The position numbers and the translations under genes were made by a program. Source: a bacterium (GTDB lineage Bacteria; UBP6; UBA1177; JAKLFG01). From it: 42,440 nucleotides of DNA. Below, in pieces: positions 34,967-42,440 of this stretch. Below the pieces are notes generated by a model that was not told the origin of the DNA, did not search any database, and saw only the letters and a program-made list of their open reading frames with translations. The stretch covers positions 1 through 42,440 of the forward strand of contig JAKQHE010000171.1 of the NCBI GenBank assembly GCA_029573155.1. The letters run 5' to 3'. How positions within the stretch are numbered: the first letter of the stretch is position 1; every line of letters starts with the position of its first letter.

Positions 34967-37808
34967 GGGATCGCCCTCCCGTTCCATCAAAGGTGATCTG
35001 ACAGCCGGCGGCCTTGTACCACGCCGCGTAGCTCGAAACATTCTTGGCGCCGTCGCTGAGCAGGAAATTCACATCGTCGTCGGAGACCGACGTACCGAGC
35101 CGCATCGCGGCGAACAGGGCCGATTCACGGACGAGCGGCGACGGATCGTACAGGAACAGCATGACCTTGTCACCCATCTCGACGACCTCTTCCACCGCGA
35201 TGAGGTGCAGGGTCACCGCGCGCACCCAATCGTTGTCGTCGGTCAGGAATATCTCAAGGATGTGCTGGTACTCTGGGGTCTTTATCTTGAACGCGGCGAA
35301 GCCCTGCGCGAGTTTCTCCTGCTCGTCTATCGCTTCGATGAGCGGCACGAGCACGCGCCGGATATCCTTGTCGACGATGTTGTCGACCAGTTCGACCGCT
35401 GTCGAGCGCTGTTCTTTCGAAACATAGCGCTGAGAGATGTTGAAATAGATGGAATCGAAGAGTTTCTGGCCGTACATGATGGAAAGGAGCGAGAATATCC
35501 GCTGGAGGCACGAGAGCAGTTTGGTGTCTATCACATCGGAAAGATAGGACAGATCGGTCTTTGCCCGCATGGATGACTTATAGTAAAGCTGCTGGAAATA
35601 CAAGTAGAATTCGCGGAACAGGTGCCGCCTGAGGGTCTCCTGACTGATGAGGACATGGTAATCGGTGCGCATCATGATACGCTTGAGACTTTCGAGCAGG
35701 ACATTGCGTAGTTCGTCAGATTTATCGCCCAGATTGTCCATGAGTACCGGAATGACCTCGCGCGAGGATATCTCGCCAAGCATCTTGGCGACCGCCATTT
35801 TGAGTTCGAAATTCTCGAGCGCGTTATCCAGAACGCTCTTCGCCGGCTCGATGATGCGCTCGCCGAAACCGGCCAACGCCTTGGACACCTCGAGACTCAC
35901 CGGTTTATCGAGCAACATGAAGAACAGTTTCGGTATGAAGACCTCTGACCGCATCTTGGTCGTCGCCTTGACCGCCTCGCGGCGTACCTGCGGGTCACGA
36001 TCGCTTAAGAACTCGAACACCTGTTGCTGCATGTTCTGCTGACCGATCTCGCCGAGGATATAGGCCGCCGCGACGCGCCGTTCGGGATCGGGCGATTCGG
36101 CCAACTGCTTGAGGTACGGGGCCGCCGTCATAATGCCCGATATGCCGCAGTATTTGATGAGCGCGATGACCGCCGCCGAGAGTATCTGCAGGTTCGGGTT
36201 CTCGAGGAAGGTCGCTATGTACCGGTGCGACTTCTCCATCTGCATGTAGCCGTAGGTCAGTATTGCATCCTTGAGCACCTCGTCGCTCCCGCTCTTCATG
36301 AGTTTGAGTATCTCGAAAGTGTAGAAACGGGACTCCATGGTCCGCAGGATGCGCAGTATCTTGGTCTTTATCTTGGGAGAGACATCTTCGGACAGGAGCG
36401 GCAGGAAATAGCGACCGAGATAGAAATAACGCCCTTTTTCTATCATGTCGAGCGCCATGAGCACTTCGTCGTCGTTCTCTGAGGTCATCGCCTCGACGAT
36501 GATGGATTCTATCATGTTCTGCCGAACGGTCACATCTTCGTTACCGAGCCGTTTCTTTTTGATGTTATCCTGCAGGACGAGAAGGTATTCTTTCCGAAGC
36601 AGGAGTATCGTGGTTATCCACGCCGCACCAAATATGACGACGACGATGCTGATGAAACGGTGATCGACCCCAAGGTAGGTCATCCCGTAGATGGCGAGGC
36701 CGGCGACGCCGGCGATGAGTGGCTTGAGGATGCCGTCTATCACCGCCTTGGCACGGCTCCGCAACTTGGGGTCGACCGGGATGTAGAGCAGTTGCACCGC
36801 CGCGTCGTTCACGGTGTAGCGGAAGGCGAAATCAGAGGCGCGCGCCATCGTGATGAACCAGATACCCGGTATCAGGAAGAACATCGCCGAGAACCCGGTG
36901 ATCATCGCGGGCAGGATGAGCAGACTCAGGAATATGCTCCAGCGCAGGAGCCACGAGGTGGCGATGAGTTGGAAGAACAGCGAGAAGAAGCCGCTCGCGA
37001 AGGCGTAGACCATGCCGAAGAACCCCGCCAGTTCCTTTTCCGAGAAATGCTCCCTCGCCTCCATCTTGAACTGGTAGTCCACGAAGTTCACGATGATAAA
37101 GGTGACGACGGTCACCAGAGCGATATAGCGGAAATAGGGCTGGGTGAAAAGACTTACCGGCGCGTGTCTGGCGGTCTTCTGGACCGACCGTATCACGACG
37201 CTCCGCTGGAGTTTTGACTTGTAGGTCTCCCCCATCCGGCGCACGAGGTAGAGGCACAACACCATGAAGAGCGCGTTGATGAACAGCAAGTTCTCGACCT
37301 TGACCAGATGGACGAGCCACTTGACCGAATAGCCGGCCACGAGGCTCGCGATGATGCCGCCGATGCCTATGAAACTGAGTATCCGTTTCGCCTCGCGTGA
37401 GTCGAGCAGTTCGTTGGTGAACGACCAGAATTGGAAGGTCATGAAAGCGCCGATGACCTCGACGAGGATGTAAAGTCCCGGATAACTGAACTGGAATCCG
37501 ACATGGATGAGCCCGATGAACACGACGGTGAGCGAGATGCTCAGGAACAGGATGGTGCTGATGAGGGTATCGAGCCGGTATAGCGAACTGCGCCGCGTGT
37601 AGAGCCAGGTGAGCATCGAAACGCTTGCGGCGACAAAGATGTACATGAGCGGCAGTTGCGAGACATCGTACCGTTTCAGGAACAGCGTATCGCGGACGAT
37701 GCGGCCCTGCACATAGGTAGCGACGACGAGGAAATTGTACAGGAACAGGAGCCCGGCGCGGGTCTGCTCCTCCTCGCGGATGTTGAACAACCGGTAGATG
37801 AGCTTCAT
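34950..37808 (-). CDS. NTT/TLC (Npt1/Npt2-like ATP/ADP translocase family) MFS domain fused to HEAT repeats
   Basis: RDTLFL, LPLMYI, QFWSF.NE..D.REAKR, VDYQFK, RYTVND...QLLYIPV....R.RAKA.IDG. The C-terminal half has HEAT repeats (RVAAAYILGEIG, VRREAVKA, LVRESALFA). Confidence 0.85.
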   Translation of the reverse strand: MKLIYRLFNIREEEQTRAGLLFLYNFLVVATYVQGRIVRDTLFLKRYDVSQLPLMYIFVAASVSMLTWLYTRRSSLYRLDTLISTILFLSISLTVVFIGLIHVGFQFSYPGLYILVEVIGAFMTFQFWSFTNELLDSREAKRILSFIGIGGIIASLVAGYSVKWLVHLVKVENLLFINALFMVLCLYLVRRMGETYKSKLQRSVVIRSVQKTARHAPVSLFTQPYFRYIALVTVVTFIIVNFVDYQFKMEAREHFSEKELAGFFGMVYAFASGFFSLFFQLIATSWLLRWSIFLSLLILPAMITGFSAMFFLIPGIWFITMARASDFAFRYTVNDAAVQLLYIPVDPKLRSRAKAVIDGILKPLIAGVAGLAIYGMTYLGVDHRFISIVVVIFGAAWITTILLLRKEYLLVLQDNIKKKRLGNEDVTVRQNMIESIIVEAMTSENDDEVLMALDMIEKGRYFYLGRYFLPLLSEDVSPKIKTKILRILRTMESRFYTFEILKLMKSGSDEVLKDAILTYGYMQMEKSHRYIATFLENPNLQILSAAVIALIKYCGISGIMTAAPYLKQLAESPDPERRVAAAYILGEIGQQNMQQQVFEFLSDRDPQVRREAVKATTKMRSEVFIPKLFFMLLDKPVSLEVSKALAGFGERIIEPAKSVLDNALENFELKMAVAKMLGEISSREVIPVLMDNLGDKSDELRNVLLESLKRIMMRTDYHVLISQETLRRHLFREFYLYFQQLYYKSSMRAKTDLSYLSDVIDTKLLSCLQRIFSLLSIMYGQKLFDSIYFNISQRYVSKEQRSTAVELVDNIVDKDIRRVLVPLIEAIDEQEKLAQGFAAFKIKTPEYQHILEIFLTDDNDWVRAVTLHLIAVEEVVEMGDKVMLFLYDPSPLVRESALFAAMRLGTSVSDDDVNFLLSDGAKNVSSYAAWYKAAGCQITFDGTGGRSHAYDG

Positions 37809-38281
37809 GCCGCCCCTCCCGGCGCACCGAAGCCGTTCTGGCGAAGCGCCTCGAACAGCACCACCGCAGCGGAACTCGACAGGTTGAGACTCCGCACCGC
37901 AAGATTGCTCATCGGGATGTGGAAGGTGCGGTCGGCGTGGAGCGCGAGCACCGCAGGATCTATCCCGCGAGACTCGTTGCCGAAAAGGAACCAGTCGCCC
38001 GACCGATACTGATGCCGGTCATACCGGTGTTTGCCCCGCGTCGAGAAGAAATGGAGTTTTTCGGCCGGGACCTGCGCCACGATATCGTCAAGACCCTCCC
38101 ACACCGTCAGGTCGATATCCTCCCAGTAATCAAGGCCGGCACGACGGAGGTGATAGTCGTCAAGTTTGAAGCCCAGCGGCTTCACGAGGTGCAGTTTTCC
38201 CCCGGTGGCGAGTATGCTTCGCCCCACATTGCCGGTGTTCGGCGGTATCTCGGGGCTGATGAGTACCAGATTGAACATCAT
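37805..38281 (-). CDS. trmL: tRNA (cytidine/uridine-34 2'-O)-methyltransferase
   Basis: PEIPPNTGNVGR, LHLVKPLGF, RRAGLDYW, FLFGNESRG, IPM...RSLNLS, EALRQ. Confidence 0.93.
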   Translation of the reverse strand: MMFNLVLISPEIPPNTGNVGRSILATGGKLHLVKPLGFKLDDYHLRRAGLDYWEDIDLTVWEGLDDIVAQVPAEKLHFFSTRGKHRYDRHQYRSGDWFLFGNESRGIDPAVLALHADRTFHIPMSNLAVRSLNLSSSAAVVLFEALRQNGFGAPGGAA

Positions 38282-40098
38282 TCCACCGTCACACTCTTGG
38301 CGAGGTTGCGGGGCTGATCGACATCGGTCCCCTTGTTGACCGCGACATGGTAACTGAGCAGTTGCAGAGGCACGATGTAGGCGATCGGTTCCTGCCACTC
38401 CGACATCGGCGGCATCGGGATGACCGCCTCGGCGATGTCTCCCGCCTCGTCGGAACCTTCGGTCGTCAGGAGCACGATGCGACCGTCGCGCGCCGCGACC
38501 TCCTTGAGGTTGCTGAACATCTTCCCCGCCATCGGGTTGGCGGGCATCACCGCGACGACCGGCAGGTTACGGTCGACAAGCGCGAGCGGCCCGTGCTTGA
38601 GTTCGCCTGCCGGGTACCCCTCGGCGTGGATGTAGGATATCTCCTTGAGTTTCAGAGCCCCTTCGAGCGCTATCGGGTAATTCATGCCACGCCCGAGGAA
38701 CAGGAAGTCGCTCGACCGGTAGAGGTCGTGCGCTATCTTTTCGATGCGGCCGCTCTCCTTCAGCACCGACTCGATGATCTCGGGCAATTCGGCGAGCCCG
38801 CGGATATGGACATGGACCGCGCTTTTGGCAAGTTGCCCCTTGGCGATGCCGACCTTGAGCGCGATGAGGTAGAGCATCACGAGTTGCGTCGTGAATGCCT
38901 TGGTCGATGCGACACCTATCTCGGGCCCGGCATAGGTAAAAAGCGTCGTGTCGGCCTCGCGCGCGATGATCGACCCGACCACATTGCAGACCGCCAGCAC
39001 CGGCACCTTGCGCTCTTTCGCGGCGCGCAGGGCCGCCAGCGTGTCGGCCGTCTCGCCGCTCTGGCTTATCACGATGACCAGATCATCGGGGGTGACGATC
39101 GGGTCGCGGTACCGGAACTCGCTCGCGAGGTCCACCTCGACCGGGACCCGGGCAAGTCCCTCGATATAATACTTGCCGACGAGCGCCGCGTGCCACGAGG
39201 TGCCGCAGGCGACAAGAAATATCTTTTTGCGCCCTTTGAAGAACCGGGTATCGCCATCGAACAGCATGATGTCGGCCTGCGCCCGGTTGAGCCGCCCGCG
39301 CAGGGTATCCATCACGGCGCGGTCCTGCTCGTTGATCTCCTTGAGCATGAAGTGGCGGTATCCCCCCTTTTCCGCCGCCCCGGCGCTCCAGTCGATGTGG
39401 TGTACCTTTCGCTCGACCTTTTTAAGTGACCGGTCCATGACCGTGACGCCTGCGCTCGTTAGCACCGCAATGTCGTCGTCCTCGAGGAACACGAAATCGC
39501 GGGTGTGCTTGAGCACCGCCGGAATGTCTGAGGCGGCGAAGCCTCCTTCGGACGACACGGCGGCGACGAGCGGCGAAGAGCGGCGCGCGAGGTATATCTC
39601 GCCGGGATGGTCCTCGTGAAGGATGGCGAGCGCGTAACTCCCCTCTATCATCGCGACCGCTTCGGCGAGCGCCTCGGGAACGCTCCCCTTGTAGAAATGG
39701 TTGATGAGGTGGGCGATGACCTCACTGTCGGTGTCGGAATAGAAGCCGTTCATCCCCTTCCCGGTGAGGTATTCGCGCAGTTCGAGGTAGTTCTCGATGA
39801 TGCCGTTGTGGACGAGCGCCGTTTTGCCCGACACATGGGGGTGTGCGTTTATCTCGGTCGGGCGGCCGTGGGTCGCCCAGCGGGTGTGGCCGATGACGGC
39901 GTGAGACGAGGGCTGGTCGGCGCCGACCTTCGCCTTAAGTTTATCAAGTTTACCAGCGGCCCGCTCGATAACGATGCGACCCTCATGGAAAAAGGCGAGG
40001 CCGGCCGAGTCGTAGCCGCGGTACTCAAGCCGTGAGAGTCCTTCGATGACCAGCGGTATCCCCTCGCCGGGTCCGGTGTAGGCCACGATGCCGCACAT
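38278..40098 (-). CDS. glmS: Glutamine--fructose-6-phosphate aminotransferase
   Basis: MCGIV, LEYRGYDSAG, GHTRWATHG, HNGIIEN, SQSGETADT, VASTKAF, C-terminal PRNLAKSVTVE. Confidence 0.98.
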   Translation of the reverse strand: MCGIVAYTGPGEGIPLVIEGLSRLEYRGYDSAGLAFFHEGRIVIERAAGKLDKLKAKVGADQPSSHAVIGHTRWATHGRPTEINAHPHVSGKTALVHNGIIENYLELREYLTGKGMNGFYSDTDSEVIAHLINHFYKGSVPEALAEAVAMIEGSYALAILHEDHPGEIYLARRSSPLVAAVSSEGGFAASDIPAVLKHTRDFVFLEDDDIAVLTSAGVTVMDRSLKKVERKVHHIDWSAGAAEKGGYRHFMLKEINEQDRAVMDTLRGRLNRAQADIMLFDGDTRFFKGRKKIFLVACGTSWHAALVGKYYIEGLARVPVEVDLASEFRYRDPIVTPDDLVIVISQSGETADTLAALRAAKERKVPVLAVCNVVGSIIAREADTTLFTYAGPEIGVASTKAFTTQLVMLYLIALKVGIAKGQLAKSAVHVHIRGLAELPEIIESVLKESGRIEKIAHDLYRSSDFLFLGRGMNYPIALEGALKLKEISYIHAEGYPAGELKHGPLALVDRNLPVVAVMPANPMAGKMFSNLKEVAARDGRIVLLTTEGSDEAGDIAEAVIPMPPMSEWQEPIAYIVPLQLLSYHVAVNKGTDVDQPRNLAKSVTVE

Positions 40099-40132
40099 GG
40101 AGAGCCACCCTCATTTGCAAAAATAGCAGTGG

Positions 40133-40160
40133 ATTATACCTAAAGCGCGCCCGCAAGCAA
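40133..40160 (-). promoter_or_regulatory. sigma70-type promoter for glmS
   Basis: Minus strand TTGCTT-N16-TATAAT. Confidence 0.6.
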
Positions 40161-40182
40161 AAATAAATTTCAGCGGAAAAAG

Positions 40183-40806
40183 TCACCCGATCCGGTCGGC
40201 CAGTTTCTGGTAGTAGAGATGGGCCTTTTCGAGTTCCTCTGCGCGGAATGGGTCGAAGAGTTTCGACGAGGCGAACCGGTCCTTTTTGAGCAGGAGGACC
40301 GATATGAGGAACAGCAGATAGACATGGTTCTGGAAGGCGGGGGTCGCCGCTATGAGTTTGCCCAGTTTCTTAAAAAAGCCTTTGTGCCGGAGTTCGATGA
40401 CGAACGACGCCTTCTCGTGGACGAAACGGATGCGCTCCCCCTCGAAGGCGAAGACCGACAGTATCATCTCGCGCTCCCTGAACCAACTCAGGTCGCGCGC
40501 CTCGTTCTGGTCGAACACGAGTTTCTGCGCCGAGAAAAGATCGGTACCCTTGAAGCGGTCGAAGAGCGACGGCATATAGAGCATGAGGCGCGCCGGCTCC
40601 ATCGAACGGCGCTGAGCTACCGTCGTCTCCCCGTCACCCGACCGGACATGGTAAAGGAAAAAGAGATTGTAGAACTCCTGCCACCGCTTGAAGTTCGCGA
40701 AGTCCTCGCCGGTGAAATAAAAGGCCTCTTTCTGGAATTCGAGCAGTTGCCGCTCTTCCTCCGCCGAAAGGGAGGAAAAGACCATCGTGTTCTGCGAAGA
40801 GGCCAT
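40183..40806 (-). CDS. Hypothetical protein
   Basis: RBS AGGAG overlapping the pyrC stop, ATG 40806. Phe/Lys-rich globular sequence with no recognisable motif. Confidence 0.6.
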   Translation of the reverse strand: MASSQNTMVFSSLSAEEERQLLEFQKEAFYFTGEDFANFKRWQEFYNLFFLYHVRSGDGETTVAQRRSMEPARLMLYMPSLFDRFKGTDLFSAQKLVFDQNEARDLSWFREREMILSVFAFEGERIRFVHEKASFVIELRHKGFFKKLGKLIAATPAFQNHVYLLFLISVLLLKKDRFASSKLFDPFRAEELEKAHLYYQKLADRIG

Positions 40807-40814
40807 GCGAACTC

Positions 40815-42095
40815 CTAGTAGGTGCGGGAGAACACCGTCTTCCCGCCGACGATGGTGCGGAACACCGCGCCGGTCACATGGAAGCCGTGGAACGGGGTAT
40901 TGCGGGAACGGGAGCGGAACATGTTCTTGTCTATCGTCCACTGGTAATCGGGCGCGATGAGCGTGAGGTCGGCCCGCTTCCCTTCGGCGATGACGCCACC
41001 TTCGATACCCAGTATGCCGTACCCGGCGGTGAACAGTTCGACGAACCGGTCGAAGGATATATGGCCCTCCTGTACCGTCTTGAGCAGGAGCGGCACCGCG
41101 GTCTCGAGCCCGACCATCCCCGACGGCGCGGTATTGAATTCGACATTCTTATCGCGCTCGTGGTGCGGCGCGTGGTCGGTCGCTATCGCGTCGATGGTGC
41201 CGTCCTTGAGCGCCGCGAGGAGTGCCTTGCGGTCACTCTCCGAGCGGAGCGGCGGGTTGACCTTGGTGTTGGTGTCGTACGAGCCGACCGCCTCGTCGGT
41301 GAGCGTCAAGTAATGCGGCGCCGTTTCGGCGGTCACCTTGACGCCGAGTTTCTTGAAGTGGGCGATCGTCTCGACCGCCGCCTTGGTGGAGACATGGCAG
41401 ATGTGGACCGGCAGGCCGAGATACTGGGCCATCAGGCATTCACGCGCCACAACGATGGATTCGGCGACCGACGGTATCGGCGGCAGACCGTAGAGCGTCG
41501 AGAAATAACTTTCGTTCATCTGGCCGCCTTTCGCAAGCGAGAGGTCCTCGGCGTGCGAGAGATAGGTCAGCCCGAAAGTGGCGGCGTACTGCATGACGCG
41601 GAGCAGGAGCGAACTGTCGCTTATCGGCTTGCCGTCGTCCGATATCGCCACCGCGCCCGCCTCTTTGAGTTCCCCGATGGGGGCCATGGTCTCGCCCTTG
41701 AGCCCTTTTGAGGCCGCCGCGACAGGGAACAGCCGCACGCCGTTACCTTCGGTACGCGCCTTTTTCAACTGGTATTCTATGGTGCCGATGTTGTCGCACG
41801 CGGGACTCGTGTTGGGCATCGTACAGACCGCCGTGAAGCCGCCGGCCGCCGCCGCTTCGAGTCCCGACACAAGGTCTTCCTTGTACTCGAAGCCCGGATC
41901 GCGGAAATGGACATGCATATCGATGAGCCCGGGTATGACCGACAGCCCGGTCGCGTCTATCGCCTCGGCGCCGGCGGCATTCATGTCGCCAGCCGCTATC
42001 TTCGTCACCACGCCATCCTCGATGAGTATCGAGCCGACGAAGCTCTTTCCGGCCCGCGGGTTGACTATCTTGCCGTTCCTGATGAGCGTTCTCAT
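40815..42095 (-). CDS. pyrC: Dihydroorotase (multifunctional-complex type)
   Basis: [64 protein letters not shown]. Confidence 0.96.
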   Translation of the reverse strand: MRTLIRNGKIVNPRAGKSFVGSILIEDGVVTKIAAGDMNAAGAEAIDATGLSVIPGLIDMHVHFRDPGFEYKEDLVSGLEAAAAGGFTAVCTMPNTSPACDNIGTIEYQLKKARTEGNGVRLFPVAAASKGLKGETMAPIGELKEAGAVAISDDGKPISDSSLLLRVMQYAATFGLTYLSHAEDLSLAKGGQMNESYFSTLYGLPPIPSVAESIVVARECLMAQYLGLPVHICHVSTKAAVETIAHFKKLGVKVTAETAPHYLTLTDEAVGSYDTNTKVNPPLRSESDRKALLAALKDGTIDAIATDHAPHHERDKNVEFNTAPSGMVGLETAVPLLLKTVQEGHISFDRFVELFTAGYGILGIEGGVIAEGKRADLTLIAPDYQWTIDKNMFRSRSRNTPFHGFHVTGAVFRTIVGGKTVFSRTY

Positions 42096-42440
42096 GAGTT
42101 CGATCCTCCCAGCAGAAGATACAATACCGCCATGCGCACCGCCACGCCGTTGGCCACCTGTTCGAGTATCACCGAACGGTCGCCGTCCATGATGTGATCC
42201 TCTATCTCGACGCCACGGTTGGCCGGCCCCGGGTGCATCACGATGGCGTCGGGCCTCGCATGCGCAAGCAGTTTGTCGTCAAGGCAGAAGAACTTCGCGT
42301 ATTCCCGGCGGTCGGGATACATGAGCCCGCTCTCTCGCTCTTCCTGTATGCGGAGCATCATGACGACATCGGCATCCTTGATCGCCTCTTTCGGGTCGCC
42401 CGTCACTGTGACGGGCGACCCGAAAGAGGCGATCAAGGAT
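42092..42440 (-). CDS. pyrB: Aspartate carbamoyltransferase catalytic subunit (C-terminal part; truncated by the window edge)
   Basis: [41 protein letters not shown]. Confidence 0.95.
   Translation of the reverse strand, partial: SLIASFGSPVTVTGDPKEAIKDADVVMMLRIQEERESGLMYPDRREYAKFFCLDDKLLAHARPDAIVMHPGPANRGVEIEDHIMDGDRSVILEQVANGVAVRMAVLYLLLGGSNS

Noticed and set aside
34950-35041. Frameshift or pseudogene splitting NTT-HEAT from the cNMP domain
   Set aside because: The cNMP ORF has a well-placed GGGAGG RBS and an ATG at the domain boundary, consistent with a genuine separate gene.
1041-39429. Long antisense or alternate-frame ORFs (e.g. 2028-3275, 6131-7468, 7697-9112, 10151-11536, 14573-15847, 27195-29384, 38347-39429)
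   Set aside because: These are shadow ORFs expected from high GC3 codon bias. They overlap well-supported genes and have Arg/Gly/Val-rich, motif-free translations.
40099-40182. glmS ribozyme upstream of glmS
   Set aside because: The intergenic space is only 84 nt and the promoter -10 lies about 35 nt from the ATG, leaving no room. No recognisable ribozyme core.

Overview
A GC-rich, gene-dense bacterial chromosomal segment. The protein families suggest a deltaproteobacterium or Myxococcota-like organism, possibly an anaerobe (inference). I found no rRNA, tRNA, CRISPR or mobile element. Positions 1-9232 hold four large Cys/Asp-rich surface (lipo)protein genes: one IgGFc-binding/laminin-EGF protein, two choice-of-anchor-L-like paralogs and an EGF-stalked GH13 amylase. 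The first three end in the same 28-aa tail, CWDLNxNGxCDIATEDxSGDxxCNERDC, although the first has a head unrelated to the other two. This tail is the best candidate for an undescribed docking or assembly system. The rest of the window carries mscS, further acidic-stalk lipoproteins, an etfB-etfA-acyl-CoA dehydrogenase operon, an ECF sigma/ZAS anti-sigma locus with an orphan dehydratase activase and an unannotated 33-aa membrane peptide, a DPM1-like GT2, an arylsulfate sulfotransferase, tandem Na/Pi cotransporters each preceded by five 11-bp-periodic Pho-box-like repeats, sppA, an NTT-HEAT transporter with a separate cNMP-binding gene, trmL, glmS, pyrC and a partial pyrB. About ten near-consensus sigma70 promoters can be read directly. 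All family calls come from motif recognition by eye; no database search was run.
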